Below the pieces are notes generated by a model. It was given only the letters and a program-made list of their open reading frames with translations, searched no databases and was not told the origin of the DNA. Both the position numbers and the translations under genes were made by a program. A stretch of 64,000 bases of DNA from Octopus bimaculoides (taxonomy: Eukaryota), in the NCBI RefSeq assembly GCF_001194135.2, contig NC_068988.1, positions 83,923,293-83,987,292 on the forward strand. Direction: 5' to 3'. Positions 1 through 13,100 of this stretch are shown piece after piece; positions within the stretch are counted from its first letter, which is position 1; every line of letters starts with the position of its first letter.

Positions 1-62
1 ATACATCCATTTGTTGTTTACACCACCTGTCTTCGTCTGTTGTTTTTTCATAAATTCTCCCA
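1..62 (+). repeat. 3' part of the same repeat family as 24805-24880
   Basis: atacatccatttgttgtttacaccacctgtcttcgtctgttg..attctcccat aligns by eye to 24809-24877. Confidence 0.65.
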
Positions 63-439
63 TACATAGCACACGCTCACGTGGTCGCACCAGCTAATCC
101 TGTCTCTACTCATCACACATGAACTTCTGGACTCTCTACTTTTTTTCATTCTAGATTATTTATTCTGAACTTTGCACTCTCCGGCTGCACCTCTCCTGCT
201 TACGGATTACACTGTACCTATCTACTATATATGTATATATGTATGCATGTATGCATATATGTATATTTGTATATATTTATAAATGCAGATATTCATATAT
301 TAATTAATGTACTGAGGCAGTGTGTCTATAAGTAAGTTTGTAAATGATGTACATGTCTTCACAGGTCTAATGTCTATCATATCTAATCGAAATTTATTGA
401 CCACTATCACTGTTGTTATTCATTCTAATTTTCCCCCAG

Positions 440-556
440 GTCTTGACCCTGCTGGACCCTATTTTGAAGGAACTGCTACAAAGGTAAGGCTGGACTCTTC
501 AGATGCTACTTTTGTGGACACAATTCACAGTGATGCACGGAACATTTTGCGTTTAG
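440..556 (+). CDS. Lipase exon a (catalytic Asp, GLDPAGP)
   Basis: ttcccccag|G at 440; [39 protein letters not shown]; G|gtaag at 556; 117 bp. Confidence 0.95.
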
Positions 557-622
557 GTAAGATGTACTTTTCTTTGAGGCACCTACATCACCATCATACA
601 CACATGCACATGCACACACACA

Positions 623-673
<51 letters not shown>

Positions 674-1305
674 ATATATGCAGATATACACACACTGAGA
701 CATTAACTCACAACCACATGGTTGCTTGACTTATAATAAATAATAGCCAAATCAACCTCATATCATATCCTTGTTTATTAAGATTCGTTATGGCAGTCCG
801 TCGGTTACAACAACAAGGGTTCCAGTTAATCTGATCAATGGAACAGCCTGCTTGTGAAATTAATGTGCAAGTGGCTGAGCACTCCACAGACACGTGTACC
901 CTTAACGTAGTTCTTAGGGAGATTCAGCATGACACAGAGTGTGACAAGGCTGGCCCTTTGAATTACAGGCACAACAAAAACAGGAAGAAAGAATGAGTGA
1001 AAGTTGTGGTGGAAGAATGCAGCAGGGTTCGCCACCACACCCTGCTGGAGCCTCGTGGAGCTACAGGTGTTTTCACTCAATAAACACTCACAGCACCTGG
1101 TCTGGAAATCGAAACAGCGATCCTATGACCGCGAGTCCACTGCCCTTACTGGGTCATTGCGCTTCCACTATTATAAATAAGACTCATTATATCTGAGGAA
1201 ACAAATGTGATGGTCACAGCTTGAGTGTCTTTGATCATAAATCTGCTTGATTAAAGATGGCCTGGATTTAAACAGCACCACAACCACCACCATCACTACT
1301 AACAA

Positions 1306-1345
<40 letters not shown>

Positions 1346-1360
1346 CACATACACACACAA

Positions 1361-1398
<38 letters not shown>

Positions 1399-1867
1399 GC
1401 ATGCACATACATTTGGTTTACATTTCCCATTTTTTAGACACAAGGGATTTTGAATAAGTAACTTAAATATTAAAATACTTTCTGAATTTAAAAGAAATAA
1501 ATTATTGTCTCTGTGACCATAAAATCAAATCTCAGTTCTTCTAAAGCTCTTGGCTTTTATTATTTTCAAATTGTATTCAGAGTGTATTTCATATCATAAT
1601 CTACCTCAGATATATTTCAGCATCACCCTTGTTTCTGACATTGTGGTCATCATAGTGGTCGGTGTTACTATCATCATCATTATCTGTAGAAAAGGTGATG
1701 TTAACCTGTTCATGTGAGAGTTGCCATCATCATCATCCTCATCCCTATCATCATCATCCTCATCCCTATCATCATCATCATCATCATCACCGTCGTCATC
1801 GTCTTTGTCGTCGTCATCGTCTTCGTCGTCGTCATCGTCTTCGTCGTCGTCGTCGTCGTCGTCGTCG

Positions 1868-1919
<52 letters not shown>

Positions 1920-2602
1920 TGATGTCTGTTCTTCCAAACCTGGTCCAAGTAGTGAGTTAGTATTTCCAGTTTCTATCTTCCGAAATGTACCAGGGAACTA
2001 CATCTCTCTCATCTATTCTATTCTTGGCATGGTTTCTGTGGTTAGATACCCATCATGTCCCCAACAACTTTTAAAATGTACCTGGTGAATTTTATCACAG
2101 CATCAGCCCTAGAGGGGTTGTTGAATCCTCAGTAACTCTGAAAAGACCATTTAACTCTAAGTTGTCCCCTTTCATTCACCAACAACTTTATAGAATGTTT
2201 TGGGTGCATTTTGACATAACACCAGCACTAAAAAGAATATTTGCCATAAAGGTACAACACCAACTTTTCAGACACTGACGATCAGGAACCTCTTATAATC
2301 ACATTTCAGGAATTTCAAATTCCCACGGCCACCAAACTAGTTTACTGGTATCTTGCACAGAGTAGTACATTGCACAGTACAGTATTAATGAACTTTCATC
2401 TTTATACTAATGTACAGGTACCAGTATTTCATTTAATTACTTAGGTAAATTTAATAATTGCTTAATTAACGGTGGTGAGCTAGCAGAATCGTCAGCATGC
2501 CAGGAAAAATGCTCAGTGGCATTTCATCCGTCATTACATTCTGCATTCAAATCCCACTGAGGTCAACTTTGCCTTTCATCATTTGGGGTTGATAAAATAA
2601 AT

Positions 2603-2694
<92 letters not shown>

Positions 2695-5600
2695 GAGAGA
2701 GAGTAATGATAGTAGAACAAGAGTGAGAGGGTAAAAGAAGAGAGATTATGTTGAGAGAAAGTGGCAGGAATGAGATGGTGGTAAAAGAAGGAGTAATAGA
2801 CAGTAAAAAACAAACAACATATTGGTTTCAAAGTTTGATACAAGGCTAGTAATTTTGTGGGTGGGATTAAGTTGATTAAATCGACCCCAGTCATAGAATG
2901 AAAGGCAAAGTTGATTCTGGCAGCATTTGAATCCAGAGTGTAAAGACAGTTGATATGCAGTTGATATGCCAGCTCACCGCTTTAAATTGGCAACAACATA
3001 TTGGTAAGGAGATTGACTAAAAACACCACACGAGTGGTATGATAGGGAAAAAACGAAAGGAAAGAGTATTGGAAATCTGTGTGATAGAAGAGGGAGTAAT
3101 GAGAAGAGATAGAGTGACTGAAAGTAATAAAGATGGGTGATAATAAGAAAAAGACAGAGTGACAAATTGTAACAGAGATAGGGGATAGTAAGAGAGGGTG
3201 GTCTGGGGGAGAGGAAGTCATGGTTAGCAGTTCAAATATATTTCATTCAATGTATATATGTTTACTCATTCTGAGTTCAAATTCCGCTGTGGTCGACTTT
3301 GCCTTTCATCCTTTCGGGGTCACTAAATTATGTACCAGTTGTGTACTGGGGTTGATCTAATTGATCAATTTCAGGCCTTGAGCCTCCCACAAAATTTTGG
3401 GCCTTGTGCCTAGTGTGTACTGCTAACATGTCATCTTATCATATAGTGAAAGCATTATATAATCTCTAGCTGACTAACAAAGAACTAAGACTTCAAATGT
3501 GCTATTTGACAATATTGTAAGCTATAAATATTTCACATTTTTATAGTTTTCTGTAATCATTTAATATTTTAGTAAGCTTCAAACATTTCATAAATAATTA
3601 TATAGTTTACTGTACAAATACCATGTCTTTCAGGTTTTGGTATGCATCAAGCTTGTGGTCATGTAGACTATTTTCCAAATGGAGGAAATCATCAGCCAGG
3701 TTGTGCCAAAGATCCTTTTACATTTCTTGCAATTAATGGAATTGAGGGAGGTAAGTAAACTTTAATTTTTATTTGGTAAGAGGTGGAAAACTAAGTGGAT
3801 TAGGGGCACCCAAAGAGTAGACTCCATTATAATAGTGATATAAAAAACAAAGAGAGGAGACAGTATACCTGTGGACCAAAGACTGGATCATGTACATTAG
3901 TGACTGAACAGCAATTAGTTGAGAGGCGCTTCTCTGGATATTGTCCAGGATATCTGTGTGTGTAACAGAGTGTGTAGTAGTGCAGTACTCTATTGTGGGC
4001 CTCATAAAGCTTTGTAGAGTGTCAGAAGTTGTTGGGGCTGAAATATTTTCCAATTCTGAAGAGAAAGCTCATTCTCACTACACTAAAGATGTACTTCTAC
4101 TTGGAGAGATCCTTGGGGGGATGGTGTGGCCTAGCATTTGGTGTAGCTGTGTGTCCTCAAGCTGTGTGCTGCTCCTGTTTAGTGGCGCCGCAGTGTGGTG
4201 ATGTTTTCATGATAAGTGTATCACTTCAGTTTTTTTTTTGGGGTGGGGTTGTTAAAAGAAACAAAGTTGATATGGATCAACTGAAGAATTCTCTTAAGGT
4301 CTCTGTTTATGGAATCAATGCAGGTTTGGTATATGTGTTTATGCTGCATGTGGATGATGTATGGTTGGAATGAGTTAAGAAGGAATGAAAGGTCATGTCA
4401 TCTGCATTAGAGTAAGTGTAGTTGGATGTAGTTGACGTATAGAAGGAAGAGAGTAGGGAACAGAGCTGATCCCTGATACCCACCAGAGTTGACTGAGTGT
4501 AAGATAAAAAGAACTCAGTCAACACATGCCATGATGGTATGATCAGATAGAAAGCTACTGATTCAAGAGCTAAAAGATAGGTGGAGTGTGTAATTGGGAA
4601 GTCTTGATATATTTGTATATGAAACAGCCAAAAGCTTTGTTGATGTCTACAGCAACAACACTACTTCCACTGAATTTCTCTGATATGTATTTTTGATTGT
4701 TTTTATGGCTGTTTTTTTCCTTTACTATTTTTGTAGGTTTGACCAAATTTGTGGCCTGTGACCATATGAGGGCTGTCCATTACTTTACTGAATCTATCAA
4801 CAGTAAATGTGGTTTTCTCGGCTTCAAATGTAACACCTATGATGATTTTCAGGTTTGTTTCAAACATGTTTGGGGTGTGTTCGATACATTTTGATATAAA
4901 TGTTTATATAAATTCAATGCAAGTTTGGTGTATGTTTGGTGCATGTTTAATACAAGTTTGTTATAGTCTTGATGCATGTTTAAAGCATGTTTCATGCATG
5001 TTTAATAAAAATTTATTGTAAAATCCTCAAAAAGACTGAAGGTGCTTTTGCATTTCTCAATATAACCATTGCCAGTCAACTATCTGTTTAAAGTTATGTA
5101 TGGTTATGGTACACTCACACTTACAGTATCTCCAGTCTGGGATCCCATCTTGTTTGGAATTTCAATCTACCAGAAGATCTCCAGAGATGTGCAACCAGAC
5201 AGTTGCCTACCATAAGTTACTTACCATATTTTTAACATCTCGTGTAGTTAAGTTGACAGAAGTCCACAAGATTATCTACCCTCTTTCCAACAACAACTTT
5301 AACCACCTTTTTGAATTCAATAGTTCTACTACCCATGGATGCACTTATAAAATCAAAAAACAGTACAGCACCCATACTCCCCAAAACATTTTTTCAAGTT
5401 TAGAACTGTTGAAGCATGGAGTAAACTACCTATATTGGTCGTCAGCTGTTAAGACACTATATTCTTCAAAAATTCCATGCTTCCTGAAATTCACCAACAC
5501 CACTCCTGGCATGCCTTTCTACCCTTTGCTCTTTATGGCTCTTTTACTGTTTAGTTTTCTGTCTTTTTGTGCTTTATCCTGCGTAACATGCATGTATTTT

Positions 5601-7406
5601 TGGTTATCATTGCTGTCTTTTATTACTTGACTTATATGTCTGTTTTTTCTCCTCTCTTTTACTCTTTTCTGACAAGTTGTAGTGCACCTGAGTATAGTAT
5701 ACAATAAGCTGATTATTTTATCTGAAAGTATGTCAGCACAAGTTTCATATACATTTAATATGTTGTTGTTGTTGACACTCCATTGCTTACGACGTCGAGG
5801 GTTCTAGTTGATCCAATCAACGGAACAGCCTGCTCGTAAAATTAACGTGCAAGTGGCTGAGCACTCCACAGATATGGGTACCCTTAACGTAGTTCTCGGA
5901 GATATTCAGTGTGACACAGTGTGACAAGGCTGACCCTTTGAATTACAGGCACAACAGAAACAGGAAGTAATAGTGAGAGAAAGTTGTGGTGAAAGAGTAC
6001 AGCAGGGTTCACCACCATCCCCTGCCAGAGCCTCGTGGAGCTTTAGGTGTTTTTGCTCAATAAACACTCACAACGCCCAGTCTGGGAATTGAAACCGCTA
6101 TCCTATTATGACCGCAAGTCCACTGCCCTAACCACTGGGCCATTGCGCCTCCACACATTTAATATATGCATGATGCATTTTGAATCATGCTTCATACAAG
6201 ATTAATATATATACATATATGATGCATGTGTAGTGAGTCCAGAAAATTATTTTGGTTGTTGCGCCATAGTACAGGTGTGCTATGGTATATGCCAGCCAAT
6301 CAGGGCTTGGTGCATATGAATTCTAGAAGCAGTTCTCTGTCCATGAAGAGAAGCAGGAGTTCTAGGCGGTTGGTGAAAAGATGGCAGACTAGCAACATTC
6401 CTTTTTCAACATGGAACAGCTCTTGGTTTTCCCCCACCAACTTTGTGCAGCTAACTCTGAGTTATATCGGCTCTTGTCTTGTCACCTCTTGAACAGCCTA
6501 TTTCATTTACGCTAACTTCGCTCAGTGAAATTCTGGATGACATCATCCACAGCTCTGCCTCATAATGAACTGTATAGTTTCATTTAAGCTAGCTCCATTC
6601 CTATTAGCTTCTAACGATTTCCAACTGAATCTATTGTTCAAACATAAGTTGTAATGCTTTCTCTAACTCACACACATACAGGCTACACTCTTTTTACTTG
6701 TTAGCTCTTGTAATAATTTAATAAATTAAATTATTTGTTTAAAAACTGTCTTCCATTACACATGCTTCTCAAAAGCGCATTTACTGAACTTTTCCATGAT
6801 CACTTTTATACTTTAAATTAGTGTCCACTCTCACTAAACATGTTTAATTAATCCTTTTTTTTTTTACTGTCTTACTTTAAGGAAGAAAGATAGCACCCCT
6901 AAACTTTCTCACAGCCTCCAAAGTGGCAGGAAATGACAGAAGATACAAACCTCATTAAATAACCTCAAACCAGCAAACTGGTTTGAATATTTGAAGTAGA
7001 GTGGGCTCTGTTAAAGACACTCTACAATCCAGGTAGTTAAGTTGAACAGATTAAGTCTACCATCTATGAACAGGTACAAACCTCAAACTGACCATTCCTG
7101 TTAACTGATTCCACTCAGAAGGTAGAAGATCGTCCAGAATGTCATACATTGATACAAAACTCAGATCCATTGTGGTTGCAAACTAAATTTCTCAACTGTA
7201 CAACCAAACCTGCACCCATTAGTTCCCATTAGTCACAGAGACACTACAAAATGGTCAGGGATACTGTCTTTCCTCTACCTCAGACTGAACCATAAATATT
7301 TTTTCAATGTGTATGCTTTTTATTTTGTTTCAAATACTTGTCATTGAGAACAGCTGCCATTTCTTGCTTTTCTCATCCCCTCTTTCTCTCTCCCCCCTCC
7401 TCTCAT

Positions 7407-7445
<39 letters not shown>

Positions 7446-8543
7446 CGCATACACACATGCACATACACACACACATTCACTCTTTATCCTGTCTTATTAC
7501 TCCAGGCCCAGAAGTGTTCCCCAGTGGCTGGAGCTCATATGGGACTGCATGCTGATCAATATATACCACCAAAGGGAGAAACCAATGTAAAGATGTATTT
7601 GGAAACTTCTGATATAGAACCTTTCTGCTGTAAGTTAAATGAAGTCTTCACTTTTTCAACATTTCACTGAAATTCTGAAGATATTGTGTATGTCTACCAC
7701 CATTCTTTGTAACAATCAGTTGTTTAGTATGGAGAAGTGCAGGGCATGTGGACAGTATAGGACAGCCACTTCAATGGGGAATATAACTAGTTTTTGTAGC
7801 TATAATCAATATTGATGATTATAACTAGTACTGGCAACCAAAATTATTATTCAAGTTATAATTAATACTGGTTTCAAATTTTGGCTCAAGGCCAGCAATT
7901 TTAGGGGAGCAGAATAAGTCAATTACATCAGCTCCAGACCTTAGCTGGTTCTTGTTTTATCGATTCTGAAAGGATGGAAGGTGAAGATGATCTCGGCAGA
8001 ATTTGAACTCAAAACAGAAAGATGGGCAAATTGTGGCTTAGTATTTTGCTTGGCATGCTAACAATTCTACCAGCTTGCCACCCTAGAGCTATAATTAATA
8101 TTGGTGGCCATAATTAGCATTAGTGGCTATAATTAGTATTTGTGGATATAATTAGAACTGATGACTGTAATTAATATTGGTGGATATAATTAGTATTAAT
8201 AGATACAATTTGTATTAGAGGCTATGATTAGTATTGGCAGCTGTAATTAGTATTAGTAGCTATAGTCAGTATTAATAAGTATAATAATTATTGTACAAAA
8301 CATATCCAAATGACTACATATGTAAATAAATATATTTATTCATACACGTATGTGCATAGTAATGACAATATACTTCACATATTGGAAAGTATAATAGTCA
8401 ATAATACAAAATATATTCAAATACTAATGTTAATATAGAGGTACATATAGGTAGATAGTATCTCACTTTCTTCCTGTGTTTACTGGTTATAAAATAGTAA
8501 TGATTTATTTTATGGAAATAATAATAATAATAATAATAACAAC

Positions 8544-8591
<48 letters not shown>

Positions 8592-10145
8592 TGTAACAAT
8601 GCGATTGAAACTATAGACCACCTAATCTCAGGGTGTAGAGTCTTAGCACCTGTAGAATATAAAGTAAGACATGACAGAGTTGGCCAGTATTTACACTGGA
8701 CAATATGTCAGCATTATAAAATCAAAACCGCTGACAAATGGTATAAACACCATCCTGAAGCTGTGACTGAGGGAGAAAATGTATCGATTCTCTGGGACTT
8801 CCCCGTACATACCGACAAGACTATAAAAGCTAATANNNNNNNNNNNNNNNNNNNNNNNNNNNNNNNNNNNNNNNNNNNNNNNNNNNNNNNNNNNNNNNNN
8901 NNNNNNNNNNNNNNNNNNNNNNNNNNNNNNNNNNNNNNNNNNNNNNNNNNNNNNNNNNNNNNNNNNNNNNNNNNNNNNNNNNNNNNNNNNNNNNNNNNNN
9001 NNNNNNNNNNNNNNNNNNNNNNNNNNNNNNNNNNNNNNNNNNNNNNNNNNNNNNNNNNNNNNNNNNNNNNNNNNNNNNNNNNNNNNNNNNNNNNNNNNNN
9101 NNNNNNNNNNNNNNNNNNNNNNNNNNNNNNNNNNNNNNNNNNNNNNNNNNNNNNNNNNNNNNNNNNNNNNNNNNNNNNNNNNNNNNNNNNNNNNNNNNNN
9201 NNNNNNNNNNNNNNNNNNNNNNNNNNNNNNNNNNNNNNNNNNNNNNNNNNNNNNNNNNNNNNNNNNNNNNNNNNNNNNNNNNNNNNNNNNNNNNNNNNNN
9301 NNNNNNNNNNNNNNNNNNNNNNNNNNNNNNNNNNNNNNNNNNNNNNNNNNNNNNNNNNNNNNNNNNNNNNNNNNNNATTATCGCTGTGAAAACAACATCC
9401 ATTCATGAATTTTTTTTTGTTTTTTCTTAAATACATGTTTTACCTGTGAATTTGCGTGTGTAAACTGGGAATGCATACAATGAGTTTCTCTGCCCTAGGT
9501 GTACGGAAAAGACTCGGCGAGAAATGGAAGAAAATTTGAAGAAAGAAGAAAAATAACATGATAATAATAATAATAATAATAATAATAAATGCCCTGATGC
9601 AGTACCAGGCAGTGACCATCATGGTTTCTGATCTTAATTGATTGGAAGTGTTATCATGTACATTGTTTTGTCTTGGTATAAAAAGATGGGCTACAGCAAA
9701 TATTCTGCTCAATACCACAGATTTGCTTGTCAGTTGTTTGACCTTGACCAGTTGAGCATGTCCCTTGGCGGCTGACGATATGTGCATCTCTCATCATGAG
9801 CAGATACAGTGGGGGAGCATCATAGCCATGTGTTGTGAGGAATTCTTTGGGGTTTGAATAATTCACCTTTGGAAACATGGGTGTTTTGCTCAACATCCTT
9901 AAACAACCCTTATTCAGGGACCTTTTCAGCGGGATGGGCTACTCAACCTGAAGAAAATTCTATTTGGGCTCCACCTGCGAGGTCATGCGCTGTTTACCTT
10001 GATATGAGATCACCATGTCGCACACATATGGTTGTGATGCATGTGCCTGGTGTACCCTTATCAGACGGGTAGTCATGATGGGTATAATGGGCTTCGTATA
10101 TTTTACCCCAGTGTCACTTTGATGGCATGCACTGCTCTCTCACTC

Positions 10146-10192
<47 letters not shown>

Positions 10193-13100
10193 CAACCCCC
10201 TTAAGTACAAAATAGCCTGGCTATGGAAAATAAAGAAGGTGAAGATAGTGCTAATTATTGTTGGGTTCTTGGGAACAGTATCAGAAGGCATCAAGAGGAA
10301 TATAAAGGAAATTGGGATAGAGTGCCCAGTAGAACTGTTAAAGAGTGGGCAAAACCGTTGCCCATATCACAAACGAATGCTGTAGACTTGCCCAAAATCC
10401 CAACAAGTTGTGGTGATATAATAAATTAGCAAAAGTGCTACATTGGAAACTGTTCAAAAAGTGAGGGCTAGAAAGAGGCAAGACATAATATGAGCACAAA
10501 CCACAGAGAGTGGTGGAGTCAGAGACTTGCAAAATCCTCTGGGATTTCCCAATTCAAACAGATATGCTATATAGTTGATGTTGTGTGTCCCTTAGATCCA
10601 TGAATAGTCAAGAAGGAAGGCAAAAAGTAAATATATACAACCCTCTTAACTACAAAACAGACTGGCTATGGAAAATGAAGAAGGTGAAGATAGTGCCAAT
10701 TATTGTTGGGTTCTTGAGGACAGTATCAGAAAGCATCAAGAGGAATATAAAGGAAACTGGAATCGGGTGCCCAGTAGAACTGTTACAAAAGGTTTGTCTC
10801 CTTTGTACGGCCAGAATAATCAGGAAAGTAATAGACAGTTGAAAAGCATGGTACTGTAGGCTGCAAGCCCACCACACATGCAAGAATCCATGAGTTCAAA
10901 CAAAACCTGAGATAAAAAGAAATTATAATGATAATAATAATAATTAATAATAATAATAATAAAAATAATAATCAGTTATTAGTTGATAAAATGATAATTA
11001 GAAATCATAGATGCAGATTAATGGAACTGATTACAAAAAACATGACATGGTACCACACAGATGTTTGAAAAAGCAAAAAACGGAGAAAATGCTTAATGAA
11101 AGTACGAAACATTGGAATACTGAATTAATCAGAGGAAAACAAAGACTCAGAAAAGTGAACATCAGATGTGGAATGTTCCAAGGTGATAGCTTACCTCTGT
11201 TACTATTTATATTGGGCATCACACACTCACTATGATACTACGGAAAGTTCAAATAGCTTACGATTTGGGAAAAGGAAATGGTCAGAAAAATCATCTCCTT
11301 TTCATGGATGATAAAAGAGTTTATGTAAAAAATTTAAAAAACTGCTTGAAAGGCTTGTACATACTATTTGCATTTTCTCAAATGATGTAGGTATGGAACT
11401 TGGGATAGAAAAGTGTGCTGTGTTGAAAATGAAACAAGGAAGATTTAAAAGAAGCCAGGGGAATTGAAATTTCAAACGGGCAAACAATGAGAGCAGTTGA
11501 GAAAGGGCAGTGGTATAAGTACTTGAGAATACTGGAAGCAGATGAAAAAAAAAAAAAAAAATGAAAAAATGAAACAAATTACCAGTTAGGAGTACACAAG
11601 GAGAGTAAGAAAATTATTGCAGTCAAAACTGAATCCAAAAAATCTTATCGAAGCAATAAATTCAAGAGCAGTACCCTTAATCATATATGGAGCTGGAATT
11701 ATAGACTACACCAAAAACGATATAAAAATTAGAAAGTTGTTGACAATGTATGGAGCCCATCATCTGAAAGCTGGTATCAACTGGCTGTATTTGAGGAGAG
11801 ACTAGGGTGGAAGAAGCTTAATAGCAGTAGAAGAATGTGTACAGATGGAAAGAAAAAGCCTAGTAGATTATTTACTGAGCAGCACAGAAAAACTACTAAA
11901 GACAGTGAATAAAGAACAGGTGATCAATCGTGTAGTAACAGAAAAGGACAAGAATGATATACAAAGAGAGTGTGTTAGGCAGATTGATGAGAAACCTCTG
12001 CATGGCCAATTTTGGAGAGCCACTGAAGACATATATGGAACAAATCCTGGTCTTGGTTAAAAAAGGGGCAATTAAAACAAAAAGAAACAGAGACCTTAAT
12101 TGTAGCAGCTTAAGATCAAGTGATAAAAACAAACAACTTGAGAAAAAATATATATCGAGAGAATGTATCAGAAAAATCTAGAGTCTGTGAAACTTGGAAT
12201 GAGACAGTGGCACACTTGGCACACATTGTGGAAGAATGCCCCAAGCTGGCACAAGAAGAATATAAAAAATGGAGGTATGACCAGGTGGTAAAAGTTTTAC
12301 ACTGGAAACTTTGCCAGAAATGGGGATTTGAAGCTGGAAATTCATGGTACAATTATCGAGTCGAAAGAGTACTGGAATTGGAGAAATGTAAGATTTTGTG
12401 GGACTTTCCTATTCAAATGAACAAGAAGTTAAAAGATAATAGACAAGATAAGAAGCAAAGTTGTTTACTAACCAACCCGTCATTACAAATTAAGAAATTG
12501 TGGTGGGGACGGGGGTGGGATTAAAATTTTGAAAACATGATTTCATATTAACCTCCTTTTATACAATGAAACAATACATAGTTTGTGATCCTTCTTAAGA
12601 ACAGAAAGCACTTTTTTTTTTTTTTAATACATATTTTACCTGTGAATTTGCGTGTGTAAACTGGGAATGCATACAATGATCTTCTCTGCCCTAGGTGTAC
12701 GGAAAACACTCAGCAAGAAATGGAAGAAAATTTGAAGAAAAAAAAACAACATAATAATAATAATAGTTGTATAAAATACATTCAAATAATGACTTATGTT
12801 TATTTGTGATTGTTTCGAGAAATGTTTTTTCACTTAATGTAACTGAGTTGGCGATCATGTGTACATATCATATGTAACCAATCATTTCATGCATCTCATG
12901 AATTTAGTTCATATACATATATATGCATTCATTCAGTTATAGTGCACCTGAGTATCATATACAATAAGCTCAATACTATTATTATAAAATGCTGTGCCAT
13001 GGCTGGAAAATTCATAATATAAAAAAGCAGTTTATTTATGTAAATGTTCTGTGCTACATTTACTGCCAATCTTTTCTACTATGTTTATGTACATCATCTT

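Noticed and set aside
557-729. His/Thr-rich extension of ORF 322-729 and similar HT, CV, SL, poly-His/Ser/Met ORFs (1171-1960, 2547-2894, 7307-7670, 33356-33691)
   Set aside because: Translations of (CA)n, (GA)n and (CAT)n microsatellites in introns. Only the exon parts listed above are supported.
6061-6154. tRNA-like sequences (also about 1085-1167, 17022-17095, 29550-29622)
   Set aside because: These are SINE heads with A/B boxes but no complete cloverleaf, so not called tRNA genes.
6200-7300. Possible degraded coding-like element in the lipase intron
   Set aside because: Frames are broken and no diagnostic motif was recognised; left unclassified.
8088-8290. Regularly spaced repeats that might suggest a CRISPR-like array
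   Set aside because: Contiguous degenerate minisatellite without unique spacers, in eukaryotic intron DNA.
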